Shown here: one piece after another, positions 46,098 to 48,289 of the stretch
How positions within the stretch are numbered: position 1 is the first letter of the stretch
Layout: every line of letters begins with the position of its first letter
Virus record (IMG/VR): IMGVR_UViG_3300042808_000082
Span: 1 to 48,289 of that record
Length of the DNA: 48,289 bases
Source: a virus
Taxonomy: Duplodnaviria; Caudoviricetes
Reading direction: 5' to 3' (one strand)
Notes under the pieces: generated by a model
Database searches by the model: none
Seen by the model: only the letters and a program-made list of their open reading frames with translations
Told to the model about the DNA's origin: nothing
Program-made: the position numbers and the translations under genes

Positions 46098-46322
46098 TTA
46101 GTTGGATATAGACTCGATATACGCTTCGAGATCCTGTTTCATGACCATGGTTCCTTTCCGGTGTGATGTGAAGTGTTTTGCACCTGTAAACAGTTCTTCG
46201 ATATACTTTTCTGCTTCATCTCTTGCAAAATCGATTGCTGCTGACTGAATTCGCATCCCTGGTGCTGCGTGTGCTAACCGCGATACTGCTGCATGTGCGA
46301 TTGCACGAGTCCTTTTTGACAT
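46098..46322 (-). CDS. Archaeal-type histone-fold protein
   Basis: Aligns without gaps to HMf-type histones: AAVSRL..MRI..AI...AKHFTSH...V..QDL. Confidence 0.8.
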   Translation of the reverse strand: MSKRTRAIAHAAVSRLAHAAPGMRIQSAAIDFARDEAEKYIEELFTGAKHFTSHRKGTMVMKQDLEAYIESISN

Positions 46323-46339
46323 GAATACCTGGTTTATTG

Positions 46340-46365
46340 GCGGTATTATAAAATATATACCAAAT
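46340..46365. promoter_or_regulatory. Divergent TATA-type promoter between the histone and packaging genes
   Basis: ttataaaatatata about 25-40 bp from both start codons. Confidence 0.55.
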
Positions 46366-46389
46366 TAACCCATCTATGAGTTGAATCAT

Positions 46390-47013
46390 ATGGATGTAGA
46401 TTTTTACACTAAAATCGACCAGGAACTCATAAAAGTTCCATATTGCTCCTCTAAATGCAATTATTTCATGATTTGTCCGGTTTGTGACCGGTCAGGGACC
46501 GATTTGGGTGCATGTGCTCTTCGAATGCTACCAGAAGACAAGCGCAGACGGTTTGTCAATCTATACCTGCGTGGGCGCGAAGGCATGCGGGCTGAAGCAA
46601 CCGAGTTATTGTTCAACTTAGCAGCAAAAATGGACCTCCATAACAACCCTGCCCATATGACACAATACATCGATACAATATTGAAGATTGACCGGGCGTT
46701 CAAGGTAACAAACGCCGAAATTAAGCGGGTTGAAGACATAGAAGACGCAGAACTCATTCCAGAGAGAGTAGAAGTAACTATCAACCAAAAAGCGAAACGG
46801 ACTGACCCCGATGAAAGAATTGTCCGAAAAGTGCTTTCTGAACTTGATGACAACCCTGATTCCTTATTCAATTCCCCGATTCTGAACAAAATGAAAGCAA
46901 AAGTCAAGTTAGGGGAAATGAAGATGCCAACCACTCAAATTCCGATAGAAATCAAGATTGACCCGTATAAATCTCCTGAACCGGACCCTATAGACTTTAC
47001 TGGTGAGGATTAA
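46390..47013 (+). CDS. Putative terminase small subunit
   Basis: Immediately upstream of terL; helical with an N-terminal Cys cluster; positional call only. Confidence 0.5.
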   Translation: MDVDFYTKIDQELIKVPYCSSKCNYFMICPVCDRSGTDLGACALRMLPEDKRRRFVNLYLRGREGMRAEATELLFNLAAKMDLHNNPAHMTQYIDTILKIDRAFKVTNAEIKRVEDIEDAELIPERVEVTINQKAKRTDPDERIVRKVLSELDDNPDSLFNSPILNKMKAKVKLGEMKMPTTQIPIEIKIDPYKSPEPDPIDFTGED

Positions 47014-47074
47014 TCAAGATGCAGGCGTGGCGTTGCCACTCACATTTAGTTCCTAAATGCGATGGGTGGATAAT

Positions 47075-48289
47075 ATGCAGATAGGACTGCACGAAAACCA
47101 AATCAAAGTTTACAACTCCAAAAAGAGGTTTGTGTGTGTCAACGCGGGCAGGAGATTTGGGAAAAGCTGGTTTTCAGCATCTAAAATTATTGCAAAGGCG
47201 TTGGGGAACCCTGGAGGGGTGTATTGGTTAATTTCTCCATCTTATAGTCAAGTTGAGATTATGTGGAGAATGGTTGATAAGTTGCTACCAAAAAAATACA
47301 TTGACCAGGTTTACCTGGGTAAACTGTGTATTAAACTGAAAAACGGTGCAACTATCTGGGCAAAGTCTGCAGAGAAGTACGATAACCTTCGAGGAGAAGG
47401 TCTTGACGGTATCGTGCTTGACGAAGCAGCGATGATCCACCCTGATGCCTGGTTCAAGGTTATTCGGCCAGCATTGATGGATAAACAAGGATGGGCGATG
47501 TTCTGTACTACGCCCAGAGGAAAGAACTGGTACTACAAACTTTACAAAAAAGGGGTGAAAGGTGATCCAAACTATAACGAGAATTGGGAATCGTTTACGT
47601 TCTCTTCTTACGACAACCCGTTCCTTGAACGAGACGAACTCGAAGAAGTTGTGCAAGACTTGTCAGAACTCGAATTCGAACAGGAAATCCTCGCAATATT
47701 CTTGTCCGATGGAGGAACAGTCTTTAAAAACCTCGATTCCTGTACCAGACATCATATTGATTCTACGTATATTCCAGGGCGAGTATATACAATGGGGGTC
47801 GATTTGGGCAGACATCAGGATTTCACAGTTATCACAGTTGGAGATACTGCGACAAAAGAGATTGTCTACTTTGAACGATTCAACAAAACCGCCTGGTCAT
47901 ACGTCAGAGCCAGAATCCAGCATGTCTATGGAACCTACGGACGACCCCCGGTCTTCCTAGACACTACTGGTATTGGTGATGCCATACAGGAAGACCTGGA
48001 GACTGCAGGGGTTACTGTTGTTTCATACAAGTTCACATTAGAGTCAAAGAAGGAACTGGTAAAGAGATTAAGCATAGCGTTCCACAACTGCAATATTTTC
48101 ATCCCCGATAATCCAATTCTCCGCGATGAGTTGGATTCATTCACCTATCAACAAACAGAGGCAGGAAACATCAAGTACGGTGCTCCTAAAGGGTTTTTTG
48201 ATGACTGTGTGTGTTCTCTGATGCTCTGTAACTACGGGATGAACGGAGGCGTCGCATTATGCCTTGGCGGGTTTGAGATGGAACTTACT
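47075..48289 (+). CDS. terL: Terminase large subunit (464 aa including the part at 1-307)
   Basis: Walker A AGRRFGKS, Walker B IVLDEAA, TTPRG, nuclease GVDLGRHQDFT; missing from the ORF track because it runs off the end. Confidence 0.96.
   Translation, partial: MQIGLHENQIKVYNSKKRFVCVNAGRRFGKSWFSASKIIAKALGNPGGVYWLISPSYSQVEIMWRMVDKLLPKKYIDQVYLGKLCIKLKNGATIWAKSAEKYDNLRGEGLDGIVLDEAAMIHPDAWFKVIRPALMDKQGWAMFCTTPRGKNWYYKLYKKGVKGDPNYNENWESFTFSSYDNPFLERDELEEVVQDLSELEFEQEILAIFLSDGGTVFKNLDSCTRHHIDSTYIPGRVYTMGVDLGRHQDFTVITVGDTATKEIVYFERFNKTAWSYVRARIQHVYGTYGRPPVFLDTTGIGDAIQEDLETAGVTVVSYKFTLESKKELVKRLSIAFHNCNIFIPDNPILRDELDSFTYQQTEAGNIKYGAPKGFFDDCVCSLMLCNYGMNGGVALCLGGFEMELT
48163..48289. repeat. 127-bp exact terminal overlap (copy 2)
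   Basis: Identical to 1-127. Confidence 0.97.

Noticed and set aside
47285-48144. ORF-track calls at the right end
   Set aside because: All are alternative frames inside terL
48163-48289. Biological direct terminal repeat
   Set aside because: It is exactly 127 bp, a common assembler k-mer length, and falls in the middle of terL; best explained as a circular-contig overlap

Overview
The window is a complete, circularly assembled genome (about 48,162 bp unique) of a tailed archaeal virus (Caudoviricetes, siphovirus-like). Bases 1-127 are repeated exactly at 48163-48289, and the large terminase reads across that junction. Archaeal markers are an MCM helicase, a histone-fold gene, TATA-type promoters and a TTT-CGC +1 frameshift. 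A stand-alone NrdD C-terminal protein suggests an anaerobic methanogen host (Methanomicrobia-like; inference). The + strand (46.4 kb through the junction to 27.8 kb) carries the packaging, head, membrane/lysis and tail modules. The - strand (27.8-42 kb) carries replication and early genes, including many tiny Cys-rich ORFs, and a second + strand block occupies 42.2-46.1 kb. I recognised no integrase, DNA polymerase, reverse transcriptase, tRNA or CRISPR array. The most notable items are: (1) a 2096-aa tape-measure protein with an embedded SLOG-like domain and an intact PD-(D/E)XK nuclease, a candidate injected enzymatic cargo; (2) a divergent viral histone head-to-head with the packaging genes; (3) a stand-alone glycyl-radical domain; (4) two related non-coding GATC/hairpin elements 22 kb apart; (5) a repeated motif punctuating the early genes. 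All family calls come from recognising motifs by eye; no searches were run.
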